Source: an uncultured Lachnospiraceae bacterium
GTDB lineage: Bacteria; Bacillota; Clostridia; Lachnospirales; Lachnospiraceae
NCBI GenBank assembly: GCA_949287925.1
Contig: CASEIR010000009.1
Location: forward strand, 3,511 to 67,510
Direction: 5' to 3'
DNA: 64,000 bases
Below are positions 39,140 through 49,010 of the stretch, piece after piece (within the stretch, counting starts at the first letter, position 1; each line of letters begins with the position of its first letter). The notes below the pieces were generated by a model. That model was not told where the DNA came from and did not search any database. It saw only the letters and a list, made by a program, of their open reading frames with translations. The position numbers and the translations under genes were made by a program.

Positions 39140-39922
39140 ATGACTTTAAACAGATTTCTGGACGGAATCCATTTCCCGCAGGAAGGCAGGGAAGTGATCC
39201 AAAAGACAGTGATTTCAGAAGAAGAATATCAGAAGTGGAAGAAGCTTTTTTATCTGGAGGGAGACCGGTTTGCAGAAAAGCTTGGGGAAAAGGCAGAGAA
39301 GGAAAAATTCCTTCTCTGTCTCTATACCCGGATGGCGGTGGAGGTGTATAATGATTTCCAGGAAGATGGAATCACAGAACAGGTGTATTTTGACACGTTC
39401 TATGATTTTACCATCTGGTACCGCTGCTGTGTTAAGCAGAAAGGAATCCCGGGATTGATCCAGGAGGAATGGCTGGGACTTCCGCTTAAGAGAAAAATCT
39501 ACCGGCTGGGAAGACTGCAGTTCGAACCGGGGACACTTCCGGATCCGTACGGCGCAGAACCAGCGCTTCATGTACATATTCCGGAAGATGGGAAACTGGT
39601 TCCGGAACAGTGCAAAGAAGCGTTCCGCCGTGCCGGCGAGTTTTTTAAAGATTCTTATAATTATTATGACTGCCTGTCCTGGCTGCTGTCGCCGAACCTG
39701 AAGAAGATTCTGGATCCTGGAAGTAATATCCTCCGATTTCAAGAGATGTTCCGGATCTGCGGGACAGTGTATCAGAACCGGCAGGCAGAGGAAAGGGTTT
39801 ATGGGTTTATTGCGGACGATTATCGGGAATATCCGGAAGAGACGGGGCTTCAGAGAGGATTGAAGAAGTACCTGTTGGAAAATGGAGAGCCGGGTATCGG
39901 ATACGGAATCCGGGAAAGATAA
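39140..39922 (+). CDS. Acyltransferase-domain (GNAT-like) protein of sugar operons
   Basis: YRLGRLQFE, HVHIP, SWLL.P.L, SNI..FQ motifs, recognised from memory. Confidence 0.65.
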   Translation: MTLNRFLDGIHFPQEGREVIQKTVISEEEYQKWKKLFYLEGDRFAEKLGEKAEKEKFLLCLYTRMAVEVYNDFQEDGITEQVYFDTFYDFTIWYRCCVKQKGIPGLIQEEWLGLPLKRKIYRLGRLQFEPGTLPDPYGAEPALHVHIPEDGKLVPEQCKEAFRRAGEFFKDSYNYYDCLSWLLSPNLKKILDPGSNILRFQEMFRICGTVYQNRQAEERVYGFIADDYREYPEETGLQRGLKKYLLENGEPGIGYGIRER

Positions 39923-39965
39923 CATTCCGGCAGCGGGAAAACAGAAATCATGAAAGGATGCAGAA

Positions 39966-41636
39966 ATGGACAGTATGACGACAGAAATCAAATACGAAAT
40001 GAAATTAGTATCTTCACTGGTGAAGGTATTTCCGGATGAAACGCCGGTGTATCAGCCGGAGTGTATGAAACTTACCGGACTTTGGGGGGAAACGGTGTCT
40101 TTTCAGGCTGCCTATACAGGAGATTGTTCGATGCGGGAACGGCTGGATGTACAGGTGATTTCCAGCATTGCAGATCATGTGCGTGTCCGTACCGTAGAGC
40201 AGGTGCCGGTGGGGAGAGCTGTCAATGAGATTGTGGATGATAATTATCTGAAGACCACATCCGGCCTGTATCCGGATCTTCTGCGGGATCTGCGAGACGG
40301 AAAAGCCATCGTATGCTCACGTCAGTGGAGAAGTTTGTGGATCGATGTGGAACTGACAGACGCCATTCCGGGAGGGGATTATGAGATCGAGATCTGTCTG
40401 GTGAAAAACGGAACAAAAGTCTGCTCCGCCATGGCGAAGGTGGCAGTGATCGGGGTACAGCTGCCCCGGCTTTCCATCATGCATACGGAATGGATGCATG
40501 CCGACTGCCTGGCGGATTATTATCATGTGGATGTGTTTTCGGAGGAACACTGGGAGATTCTGGAGAACTATTTCCGGGAATATGTGAAACGAAGTTGTAA
40601 CATGATGTTGGTGCCGCTGTTTACTTCGCCGCTTGACACGGCTATAGGATTAGAGCGGACCACGACCCAACTGGTAGAAGTAGAAGTAAAAAACGGGGAA
40701 TATTCGTTTGGATTTAATCAGGTAAAGCGCTGGATTGATCTGTGCAAGAAATGCGGAATTGAGTATTTTGAGATGTCGCATCTGTTCTCCCAGTGGGGGG
40801 CAAAGTATGCGCCAAAAGTGGTGGCGCTTGTGGATGGGAAAGAAGAAAAGATCTTCGGATGGCATACGCCGGCAGTGGGTGAGTACACCAGATTTCTTCA
40901 CGCGTTCTTGCCTCAGCTGATCGCAAAACTACGAGAATGGGGGATTGCGGATAGAACTTATTTCCATATCTCGGATGAGCCAAGAGAAGAGCATCTGGAA
41001 AGCTACCGTGCGGCGAAGGAATCTCTGGGTGACCTGCTGGAGGGATTCCATACCTTTGACGCGCTGTCCAGTTATGAATTTTACCGGCATGGGCTGATCG
41101 ACAAACCGATTCCGGGGAATAATGAAATTGAAGAATTTCTGGCGCACGGTCTGACGGATATGTGGACTTATTACTGCACGTTGCAGTGTTATGAGGTGAG
41201 TAACCGTTTTATGTCCATGCCGTCGGCCAGAAACCGGATCTATGGGGTGCAGCTTTACAAATATGACATTATCGGAATCCTGCACTGGGGATACAACTTC
41301 TATAACAGTCAGTTTTCTATTGAACACATCAATCCTTATGAAGTGACAGACGCGGGGAACGCATTCCCGTCCGGAGACCCATTCCTGGTGTATCCGGGAG
41401 CGGACCGGCATCCGGAAGAATCGATCCGCATGATGGTTCATGATGAGGCGATGGCGGATCTGCGGGCATTGAAGCTGTTGGAATCCTTTACATCGAAAGA
41501 GTATGTGATGGAGCTGATAGAAGGAGAATTGGCGGAACCATTGACTTTCCGCATATATCCAAAATCCGACATGTATCTGATTACGCTGCGAAACCGGGTG
41601 AATCGTGAGATCGCACGATATGCGTGGGAGAATTAA
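39966..41636 (+). CDS. DUF4091 glycoside hydrolase (GH123-like, possibly beta-N-acetylgalactosaminidase)
   Basis: HTEW.H.D, HISDEP (DE pair), WTYYC, LHWGYNF, GD.FLVYP, SIR. Confidence 0.75.
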   Translation: MDSMTTEIKYEMKLVSSLVKVFPDETPVYQPECMKLTGLWGETVSFQAAYTGDCSMRERLDVQVISSIADHVRVRTVEQVPVGRAVNEIVDDNYLKTTSGLYPDLLRDLRDGKAIVCSRQWRSLWIDVELTDAIPGGDYEIEICLVKNGTKVCSAMAKVAVIGVQLPRLSIMHTEWMHADCLADYYHVDVFSEEHWEILENYFREYVKRSCNMMLVPLFTSPLDTAIGLERTTTQLVEVEVKNGEYSFGFNQVKRWIDLCKKCGIEYFEMSHLFSQWGAKYAPKVVALVDGKEEKIFGWHTPAVGEYTRFLHAFLPQLIAKLREWGIADRTYFHISDEPREEHLESYRAAKESLGDLLEGFHTFDALSSYEFYRHGLIDKPIPGNNEIEEFLAHGLTDMWTYYCTLQCYEVSNRFMSMPSARNRIYGVQLYKYDIIGILHWGYNFYNSQFSIEHINPYEVTDAGNAFPSGDPFLVYPGADRHPEESIRMMVHDEAMADLRALKLLESFTSKEYVMELIEGELAEPLTFRIYPKSDMYLITLRNRVNREIARYAWEN

Positions 41637-41699
41637 CTTTACATTTCCCCTGGCGCGATATTATACTGTCTGTATCGGCATGACAAGGGAGAGACAAAG

Positions 41700-43469
41700 A
41701 TGATCTATGAGAATATGAGGGCCGGGACATTTTTATCCCGGCCCAATCGTTTTATTGCCCGTGTAGAAATAGACGGGAAGGAAGAAACTGTTCATGTGAA
41801 AAATACAGGAAGGTGCAAGGAACTGCTGATCCCGGGAACGAAAGTATATCTGCAGAAATCAGACCAACCGGGTCGGAAAACTGCATGGGATCTGATTTCT
41901 GTGCAGAAGGGCGGCAGAATTGTAAATATGGATTCGCAGATTCCTAACCGGGTTGTGAAGGAATGGCTGGAATCGGGGCGCTTGTTTTCGGAGATTACGT
42001 GTATCCGGCCGGAGTATACCTATGGAAATTCCCGGGTGGATCTTTACGTGGAAGCAGACGGTAAGAAGGTTCTGATCGAAGTAAAAGGGGTAACATTGGA
42101 GGAAGAAGGAAGAGTACGTTTTCCCGATGCGCCCAGTGACCGGGCGGTGAAGCATGTGCAGGAGCTTGAAAGAGCCGTCAAAGAAGGATATGAAGCATAT
42201 GTGTTTTTTGTCATCCAGATGAAAGGCGTCCGGTATTTTACGCCTAACAGAGATACCCACCCGGCGTTTGCAGATGCGCTTGTGGAAGCGGCGGGAAACG
42301 GTGTGAAGGTGTTGGCGTATGATTGCCGGGTGGACAGCGGACAGATTGAGTTGGCTGATCCGGTTCCGGTGGTACTCGGAGATCCCCGTCTCTATGAGCT
42401 GGCAGAGCCGTTGATGGCCTGGTACCGGGAGAACAAGCGGGAGCTGCCCTGGAGAGAACGGCCAGATGCGTATCGTGTGTGGGTGTCTGAGATCATGCTG
42501 CAGCAGACCCGGGTAGAAGCGGTTAAGGCTTATTATGAACGCTTTTTGAAGCAACTGCCTACGGTCAGAGATCTGGCGGAGGCAGAAGAAGATACGTTGC
42601 TGAAGTTATGGGAAGGACTGGGTTACTATAACCGGGTGCGGAATATGCAGAAAGCGGCGGTGCAGATCATGACAGAATTCGGAGGGGAATTTCCCCGCAC
42701 CTATGAAGAAATCCGTTCTTTACAGGGGATTGGAAATTATACGGCCGGAGCGATCGGGGCGTTTGCTTATGGGATTCCGAAGCCTGCGGTGGACGGAAAT
42801 GTGCTGCGTGTAATCTCCAGGATTACCGGAAGCCGGGAGGATATTATGAAACAGGCGGTGCGGCGCAGGGTGGAAGAAGCACTGGAGGCTGTGATTCCCG
42901 CAGATCACGCCAGTGATTTCAATCAGGGCTTGATTGAATTGGGAGCCATTGTCTGCGTGCCGAACGGAGAACCCCGGTGCGAAGAATGCCCCGCAGCCCA
43001 TCTTTGTGCAGCGAGGCAGCAGGGAATCATCTCTGAGATTCCGGTAAAGAGTAAGGCAAAGGAACGCAGAGTGGAAAATCGGACCGTTCTGGTCTTCAAA
43101 GACGGAAAGAAGCTGGCAATCCGCAAGCGTCCCTCAAAAGGGCTGCTGGCGGGGCTCTATGAGTTCCCCAATCTGGAAGGGCGTCTGACCATGGAAGCGG
43201 TGACAGCATACAGTAAGGAAATCGGTCTGATGCCGGTGCGGGTAAGAAAGCTGGAGAACGCAAAGCATATCTTCAGTCATATTGAATGGCATATGATCGG
43301 TTATGAGGTAATCGTGGATGAGCTGGAGAAGACGAATGAAAAAGAATTCTTGTTTATAGAACCAGAAGAGATCGGAGAAAAATATCCGATTCCCTCCGCG
43401 TTTGAGGCATATACCCGGTATGGGGGGATTGTTACGGGAAATGGGAAAAAGACCTCTTCCCAACTGTAG
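41700..43469 (+). CDS. mutY: SfsA nuclease-domain / MutY adenine glycosylase fusion
   Basis: aa 1-~225 SfsA (RPNRF, NTGRC.EL, SRVD, IEVKGVTL, FPDAP..R..KH); then MutY (WVSEIMLQQT, GLGYY.R, HhH GIG.YTA, VDGNV.RV, 4Fe-4S CxxxxxxxCxxCxxxxxC, GL.EFP, H.FSH). Confidence 0.9.
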   Translation: MIYENMRAGTFLSRPNRFIARVEIDGKEETVHVKNTGRCKELLIPGTKVYLQKSDQPGRKTAWDLISVQKGGRIVNMDSQIPNRVVKEWLESGRLFSEITCIRPEYTYGNSRVDLYVEADGKKVLIEVKGVTLEEEGRVRFPDAPSDRAVKHVQELERAVKEGYEAYVFFVIQMKGVRYFTPNRDTHPAFADALVEAAGNGVKVLAYDCRVDSGQIELADPVPVVLGDPRLYELAEPLMAWYRENKRELPWRERPDAYRVWVSEIMLQQTRVEAVKAYYERFLKQLPTVRDLAEAEEDTLLKLWEGLGYYNRVRNMQKAAVQIMTEFGGEFPRTYEEIRSLQGIGNYTAGAIGAFAYGIPKPAVDGNVLRVISRITGSREDIMKQAVRRRVEEALEAVIPADHASDFNQGLIELGAIVCVPNGEPRCEECPAAHLCAARQQGIISEIPVKSKAKERRVENRTVLVFKDGKKLAIRKRPSKGLLAGLYEFPNLEGRLTMEAVTAYSKEIGLMPVRVRKLENAKHIFSHIEWHMIGYEVIVDELEKTNEKEFLFIEPEEIGEKYPIPSAFEAYTRYGGIVTGNGKKTSSQL

Positions 43470-43507
43470 AGAAAATGCAGGATTGAAAAATACATGATTA
43501 TACAAAC

Positions 43508-43538
43508 ATTGGGCAGAACCTTAAAGGTTCTGCCCAAT
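43508..43538. terminator. Perfect 14-bp hairpin between convergent genes
   Basis: ATTGGGCAGAACCT-TAA-AGGTTCTGCCCAAT. Confidence 0.65.
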
Positions 43539-43577
43539 ATTATGGACACATTATATTGGCTTACAGAAAATCTGAAG

Positions 43578-44000
43578 CTATAATCTTTCGTTGTTCTCTC
43601 GCATGAACTTATATTCTGCCACCGAGCGGTCGAAGCCTTCAATGTGAGTGTAGAACCAGTTCACGATGTTCTCCTGAACCTTCTCTACGAATGCGTTGGA
43701 AGGACCTTCTTCTTCTTCCAGCATCTCTTCCAGTTCTTTGATGGTCTGGCGGAATGCCGCATGCTGTTCGATATGCTTCGCATATCCGGGATAATCGATC
43801 TCTCTTTGCAGCTGTTCTTCTGCCGAAAAATGAAAGTCTGTATAGTCGGACAGATAATCCAGCGTCTTAACTGCAACGGCTTTCTCGTTGCTCTGTTCAC
43901 AACTCTCCAGTAATTTGTTCATCCTTTCGATCAGTTCTTTGTGCTGGGAATCGATCATCTCGTTTCCGGTTACCAGGTTATCACTAAATTCTGCATACAT
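43578..44000 (-). CDS. Bacteriohemerythrin
   Basis: IDSQHKEL, HF..EE, YP....H...H, W...HI...D. Confidence 0.9.
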   Translation of the reverse strand: MYAEFSDNLVTGNEMIDSQHKELIERMNKLLESCEQSNEKAVAVKTLDYLSDYTDFHFSAEEQLQREIDYPGYAKHIEQHAAFRQTIKELEEMLEEEEGPSNAFVEKVQENIVNWFYTHIEGFDRSVAEYKFMRENNERL

Positions 44001-44020
44001 AGGTTATAGTCTCCTTTCGT

Positions 44021-44689
44021 TTATATAGGCTGCTGAGAAAACTTCGGCGCCTTTTTTATCTCGGTTACATAGATCAGCGGATAGATCAGAAGTGCCATGG
44101 CAAATGCAGCAAACACATCAGTGACAGAATGCTGTTTCAAAAGTACAGTAGACATAATGATCAGTGCTGTCAGCGCGTATGCGCCATATTGTACTGCCCG
44201 GTGTTTCTTCAGATTCGAGCTGTGCGCAATCGCGATAGAGGCACATAGGGAATTGAAGACATGCAGACTGGGGAGTACATTCGTGGGAGTATCCGCTGTG
44301 TATATGATCTGCACCAGGTCGGTGAATATATTCTCATGAGGAAAAGTATCCGGCCTTAAGTTCTGTCCGTTAGGAAAGAAAGTACATATGACCAGAAATA
44401 ACGTCATCCCGGCAATCATGAATGCGGAGAGCCGGTAAAACCCCTGTTTGTCAGTAAAGAAAAAATAAAGCGAGGTTACGGCGATAAACGCAAACCATAA
44501 CAGATACGGGATTACGAAATATTCTACAAACGGAATATAATCATCCAGCGGAGAATGAATCAACGTGTAGCGAACCCCTGTCCGGTTCTCCAGATAACAG
44601 AACCATGGCATATAAATGAATGCATATAAAAACACCCACGCATGACTATATTTTTTTAGCAAACGTCTGGCTGTCGTTACGGTTTTCAT
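44021..44689 (-). CDS. PAP2-family membrane phosphatase/phosphotransferase
   Basis: DDYIPF, D.PTNVLPSLH, ST..LKQH...D. Confidence 0.85.
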   Translation of the reverse strand: MKTVTTARRLLKKYSHAWVFLYAFIYMPWFCYLENRTGVRYTLIHSPLDDYIPFVEYFVIPYLLWFAFIAVTSLYFFFTDKQGFYRLSAFMIAGMTLFLVICTFFPNGQNLRPDTFPHENIFTDLVQIIYTADTPTNVLPSLHVFNSLCASIAIAHSSNLKKHRAVQYGAYALTALIIMSTVLLKQHSVTDVFAAFAMALLIYPLIYVTEIKKAPKFSQQPI

Positions 44690-44796
44690 ATCACTACCCC
44701 TTTTTCGTGATTTATTTCTAAAACATATTCCAGAGTCTTCATGGATTATAACATGAAAAAAATGAATCAACAACCATGTTCACCGTTTGTTAATAA

Positions 44797-45079
44797 TTTT
44801 CACCAACAGTTCCGCCATAGTGCTGTGCTGCCCGCAAATGTGCTTGCACAATTTTGCGGGCAGCACAGCACTATGAGCCGAGCGCCCTAAAATGAGCAAA
44901 ACAGTGGCGACAGCCACAGTAAGCACGCAGTGCGGTTTTGCGAATGCGCGAGCGGAACTGTTGGTGGAAGCACGGCGAGCAAATGTGCTTGTACAATTTT
45001 GCGAGATCGCGAGCGGAACAGTTGGTGAAAGCACGGTGTGCGAAGTGGCGTCAGCCACAGTAAGCACGCAGCGCGGTTT
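44797..45079. repeat. Modular palindromic (REP/MITE-like) element
   Basis: 23-bp perfect inverted repeat (44816-38/44853-75) and three reiterated modules of 25-36 bp. Confidence 0.8.
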
Positions 45080-45998
45080 ATGGAAGTCCCAGCACTCGCA
45101 GCGGTTTTTCTTCCAGCCGCACGGAAATCCGGATCTGCCGCAGGATCGGTTCTCCATCTGCATGGACGGCTAGCGGTATTTTGCTGATGAACTCAGCCTG
45201 ACGGCAGGTAAAGATCTGAATTCCCCCAAACCGTGTGTGCAGACCGGCGAAAGCAGTTGGCAAAAGCAGCAGGGCTTTTAGCCTGGAGATGCCAGATACA
45301 AGAATAATATCCAGTTTATCATCCCGGCAGTCTGCGGCGGGGCAGAACTTGAAACCGCCGCCCTCATACGGAAGATTCATAGCCGCTGCAAAATAGACCT
45401 TCTCAAACGGCGCAAGCGTTTTCCCGTCCAAGGTGACGCGCATTCCCTTTGGGTTCATGAAGAGCAGAAGCCGCAGCGCTACACCGGTGTAGGTCAGTTT
45501 TCCCAGATGAAGCCGGTTCAGGAACTTCTTCAGAGGTGATACCATAACCTGATGGCAGACGGCGGCATCGAAGCCAAACCCTGCGCTGACTGCAAACCGG
45601 CGTTCTTTTGTACCGAAGCGGATGCAGCCGATCCGGACCGGTCTGGCCGAACACGAGTCCAGAATGCGGGCCAGGGCCTGTCCAGGGTCTTTGGGAAGAT
45701 GGAGTCCCCTGGCAAAATCATTGCTGGATCCAATCGGAATATACCCAAGCGTGGCCTGTGAGAGGTCGTGGATGCCGTTCAGAACTTCATTGACGGTTCC
45801 GTCGCCTCCAAGAACGATCAGGGTGTGTTCCTGTCCGTCTTCGGTGATTCTCTGGGCAATCCGCGTGGCATGCGTCTGATACCGGGTAAAATGGACTTCG
45901 TAAGATAATTGGCGGCGCTGCAGGATCTCTTCTGTCTCCTCCCAGATGCGTTTTCCCAGTCCGGATCTTGCAGCCGGATTCACGATAAAATGATACAT
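45078..45998 (-). CDS. Diacylglycerol kinase-family lipid kinase
   Basis: IVNP.A..G, GGDGTVNE, IP.GSSNDFA, G.GFDA, YEGGG, HADGE. Confidence 0.9.
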   Translation of the reverse strand: MYHFIVNPAARSGLGKRIWEETEEILQRRQLSYEVHFTRYQTHATRIAQRITEDGQEHTLIVLGGDGTVNEVLNGIHDLSQATLGYIPIGSSNDFARGLHLPKDPGQALARILDSCSARPVRIGCIRFGTKERRFAVSAGFGFDAAVCHQVMVSPLKKFLNRLHLGKLTYTGVALRLLLFMNPKGMRVTLDGKTLAPFEKVYFAAAMNLPYEGGGFKFCPAADCRDDKLDIILVSGISRLKALLLLPTAFAGLHTRFGGIQIFTCRQAEFISKIPLAVHADGEPILRQIRISVRLEEKPLRVLGLP

Positions 45999-46032
45999 GG
46001 CCGATCGCTTCCTTTCTGCTGTCCGCCGCGGT

Positions 46033-46635
46033 TCAGAATAATCCATCCAGATAGGTCTTCAGTGACCGCCGCATATTTTCCTCAAAATCTGCCTTCCCGT
46101 GCTTCAGACACCATTCGAATACATTGCCGATCACAATCATACGGATGTCGGTGGTCACTGCTTCCAGATCCTGTTCGAAGTGTATAATGCCTGCATCGAT
46201 TGCTTTCTGAAGATAGTTGTGTACGGTAACGATGGGATAGGGACGTTCTGTGCGGATCAGCGGATTCAGTGACTGATTCTTTGGCGTATAATAATTAGAC
46301 ATGAAAGCAACTCCAAGCTCCTGGCAATAGTGGACGTAATTCAGATATACGAAGATGATCGCCTGTTTTGCTTCTTCGGCGTTTGCGGGAAGATCCAGAT
46401 AGTCTGGATCAATGCTGGGCTGTTCTTCAATATAATAAGAAAGCAGATCATCCTTGGTTTTAAAGTGATGATAAAAGCTTCCGTTGGATACGCCGGCTTC
46501 TTCACAGATATTTTTGATTGAAAGTTCTTCATATCCTTTCTGCTGGAGAATCCGTCTTGCGGCACGGAAGATCCGTGCTTTGGTTTCTCTGGATTTCAGC
46601 TGCTGTTTTGAAAGATCTTGCGTTTCCTGATTCAT
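46033..46635 (-). CDS. TetR/AcrR-family regulator
   Basis: SIKNICEEAGVSNGSFYHHFKTKDDLL. Confidence 0.92.
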   Translation of the reverse strand: MNQETQDLSKQQLKSRETKARIFRAARRILQQKGYEELSIKNICEEAGVSNGSFYHHFKTKDDLLSYYIEEQPSIDPDYLDLPANAEEAKQAIIFVYLNYVHYCQELGVAFMSNYYTPKNQSLNPLIRTERPYPIVTVHNYLQKAIDAGIIHFEQDLEAVTTDIRMIVIGNVFEWCLKHGKADFEENMRRSLKTYLDGLF

Positions 46636-46738
46636 GACTGATGCTCCCCTTGTTATGCTTATAATAAGTTATGGATAGTATAGCATGCGTCATAGTTTTT
46701 TTCAAGAAAACAGAGTGAACTCGGTATGCGCAAGACCG

Positions 46739-46767
46739 TTGCGAACCGATGGTGAATCCGTTATAAT
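46739..46767 (+). promoter_or_regulatory. Sigma-A promoter of tex
   Basis: TTGCGA-17nt-TATAAT. Confidence 0.6.
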
Positions 46768-46826
46768 TATCCTCGTGGCAGACTGAAGAGAAGCATGCCC
46801 GAGACAGACAGAAAGGATAACAGAGC

Positions 46827-48983
46827 ATGGATATTAATCTTAAGATTACAGAAGAACTGGGTGTAAAGAGATGGCAGGTAGACGCGGCAGTCAGCCTCAT
46901 CGATGAAGGAAATACGATCCCGTTTATTGCAAGATATAGAAAAGAAGCAACAGGAACCCTTGATGACGAGCAGCTGCGCAGGCTTCATGAACGACTGATC
47001 TATCTGCGTAATCTGGAAGAGAAGAAAGAGCAGGTGCTGGGAAGCATTAAGGAGCAGGGGAAACTGACAGAAGAACTGAAAGCACAGATCCTGGCGGCGG
47101 AAACTCTGGTGACGGTGGAGGATCTTTATCGTCCATACCGCCCGAAGAGGCGGACGAGAGCTTCCATTGCCAAGGAGAAGGGGCTGGAGCCGCTGGCATC
47201 TCTGATTCTGCTTCAGAAGACGGACCGCGCGCTTGAGGAGCTGGCTGCGGATTACGTAGATCCGGAAAAAGGAGTGGAAACGGTGAAGGATGCACTGGAT
47301 GGAGCCAGAGACATCATTGCGGAGAATCTTTCCGATGATGCGTCCCACCGCAGCTGGATCCGGAAAGAGACTGTCAGAAAAGGCAGAATTCTATCCATAG
47401 CCAAAGATGAAAAGGCAGAGTCTGTTTATGAGATGTATTATGATTTCGAAGAACCGGTGAACCGGCTTGCCGGTCATCGGACGCTGGCGCTGAACCGGGG
47501 AGAGAAAGAAAAATTCCTTACGGTGAAGATCGAGGCGCCGGAGGAAGATATCCTGCGTTATCTGGAGAAAAAGACGATCCGGACAGATAATGTGTATACG
47601 ACCCCGATTTTGAAGGAAGCGGTGGAGGACAGCTATAAACGGCTGATCGCTCCGGCGATTGAGCGGGAGATCCGCAGCGAGCTGACAGAGAAAGCAGAAG
47701 ACGGAGCCATAGATGTGTTTAAGAAAAATCTGGAACAGCTGCTGATGCAGCCGCCCATCACGGGTCAGACTGTGCTGGGGTGGGATCCGGCTTTCCGGAC
47801 CGGATGTAAGCTTGCGGTGGTGAATCCCACTGGAAAAGTCATCGGCACCACGGTGATCTATCCGACGGCGCCCACCACACCTAAGAAGATCCAGGCGTCG
47901 AAGGATCTTTTAAAAAAAATTATTGAAAAATATAACATTACTCTGATTTCGCTTGGAAATGGAACCGCTTCCAGAGAGTCAGAACAGTTTATTGTAGAAT
48001 TGTTAAAAGAGATTCCCCAGAAGGTGCAGTATGTAATCGTCAGCGAGGCGGGAGCTTCTGTTTATTCGGCCAGTAAACTGGCCAGTGAAGAGTTTCCGAA
48101 GTTTGATGTAGGACAAAGAAGCGCAACCTCCATTGCGCGCCGTCTCCAGGATCCACTGGCGGAATTGGTGAAGATCGATCCCAAGGCGATCGGAGTCGGA
48201 CAGTACCAGCATGATATGAATCAGAAAAAGCTGACAGAAGCACTGTCCGGCGTGGTTGAAGATTGCGTGAACCGGGTGGGCGTAGATCTGAATACAGCAT
48301 CCGCTCCGCTGCTTGCATATATTTCTGGAATTTCGGGGACAATTGCAAAAAATATCGTAGCCTATCGGGAAGAGAACGGAAGATTTACGGACAGAAGGCA
48401 GCTTCTTAAGGTGGCTAAGTTAGGGCCGAAAGCATATGAACAGTGCGCAGGATTCATGCGGATCCAGGACGGGGATAATCCGCTGGACGGCACCAGCGTA
48501 CATCCGGAATCTTATGAAGCCGCCGCGGGGCTGCTGAAAAGGCAGGGCTTCCGTCCGGAGGATATTCGTGGCGGCAAGCTGGCAGGACTGTCTCTTACCA
48601 TTAGGGATTACAAGAAGCTGGCGGAAGAATTGCATGTGGGAGAGATTACGCTGCGCGATATCGTGAAAGAACTGGAAAAACCGGGCAGAGATCCTCGTGA
48701 AGAGATGCCAAAGCCCATCCTGCGGACAGATGTGCTGGAGATGAAAGACCTGACAGAAGGCATGGTGCTGAAGGGAACGGTACGTAATGTCATTGATTTT
48801 GGTGTGTTTGTGGATATCGGAGTTCATCAGGACGGACTGGTTCATATCTCTGAGATTACAGATAAGAAATTCATCCGGCATCCGCTGGAAGTGGTCAGCG
48901 TGGGGGATATCGTTGATGTGAAGGTGCTTAGCGTAGATCTGAAGAAGAAACGGATTCAGCTGACGATGAAAGGGATCTCATAA
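46827..48983 (+). CDS. tex: Tex RNA-binding transcriptional accessory protein
   Basis: TIPFIARYRKE, DPAFRTGCK, EAGASVYSAS, GVGQYQHD, C-terminal S1 domain. Confidence 0.95.
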   Translation: MDINLKITEELGVKRWQVDAAVSLIDEGNTIPFIARYRKEATGTLDDEQLRRLHERLIYLRNLEEKKEQVLGSIKEQGKLTEELKAQILAAETLVTVEDLYRPYRPKRRTRASIAKEKGLEPLASLILLQKTDRALEELAADYVDPEKGVETVKDALDGARDIIAENLSDDASHRSWIRKETVRKGRILSIAKDEKAESVYEMYYDFEEPVNRLAGHRTLALNRGEKEKFLTVKIEAPEEDILRYLEKKTIRTDNVYTTPILKEAVEDSYKRLIAPAIEREIRSELTEKAEDGAIDVFKKNLEQLLMQPPITGQTVLGWDPAFRTGCKLAVVNPTGKVIGTTVIYPTAPTTPKKIQASKDLLKKIIEKYNITLISLGNGTASRESEQFIVELLKEIPQKVQYVIVSEAGASVYSASKLASEEFPKFDVGQRSATSIARRLQDPLAELVKIDPKAIGVGQYQHDMNQKKLTEALSGVVEDCVNRVGVDLNTASAPLLAYISGISGTIAKNIVAYREENGRFTDRRQLLKVAKLGPKAYEQCAGFMRIQDGDNPLDGTSVHPESYEAAAGLLKRQGFRPEDIRGGKLAGLSLTIRDYKKLAEELHVGEITLRDIVKELEKPGRDPREEMPKPILRTDVLEMKDLTEGMVLKGTVRNVIDFGVFVDIGVHQDGLVHISEITDKKFIRHPLEVVSVGDIVDVKVLSVDLKKKRIQLTMKGIS

Positions 48984-49010
48984 GAATAGCAAAGAAGAGA
49001 GGTTTTGGGT

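Noticed and set aside
44797-45079. Possible CRISPR array or tRNA
   Set aside because: No constant repeat with unique spacers, no cas genes, no cloverleaf or T-loop.
44780-45173. ORFs of 127 aa (-) and 93 aa (+) with repeated peptides
   Set aside because: Translation of the palindromic DNA element; the repeats are at DNA level.
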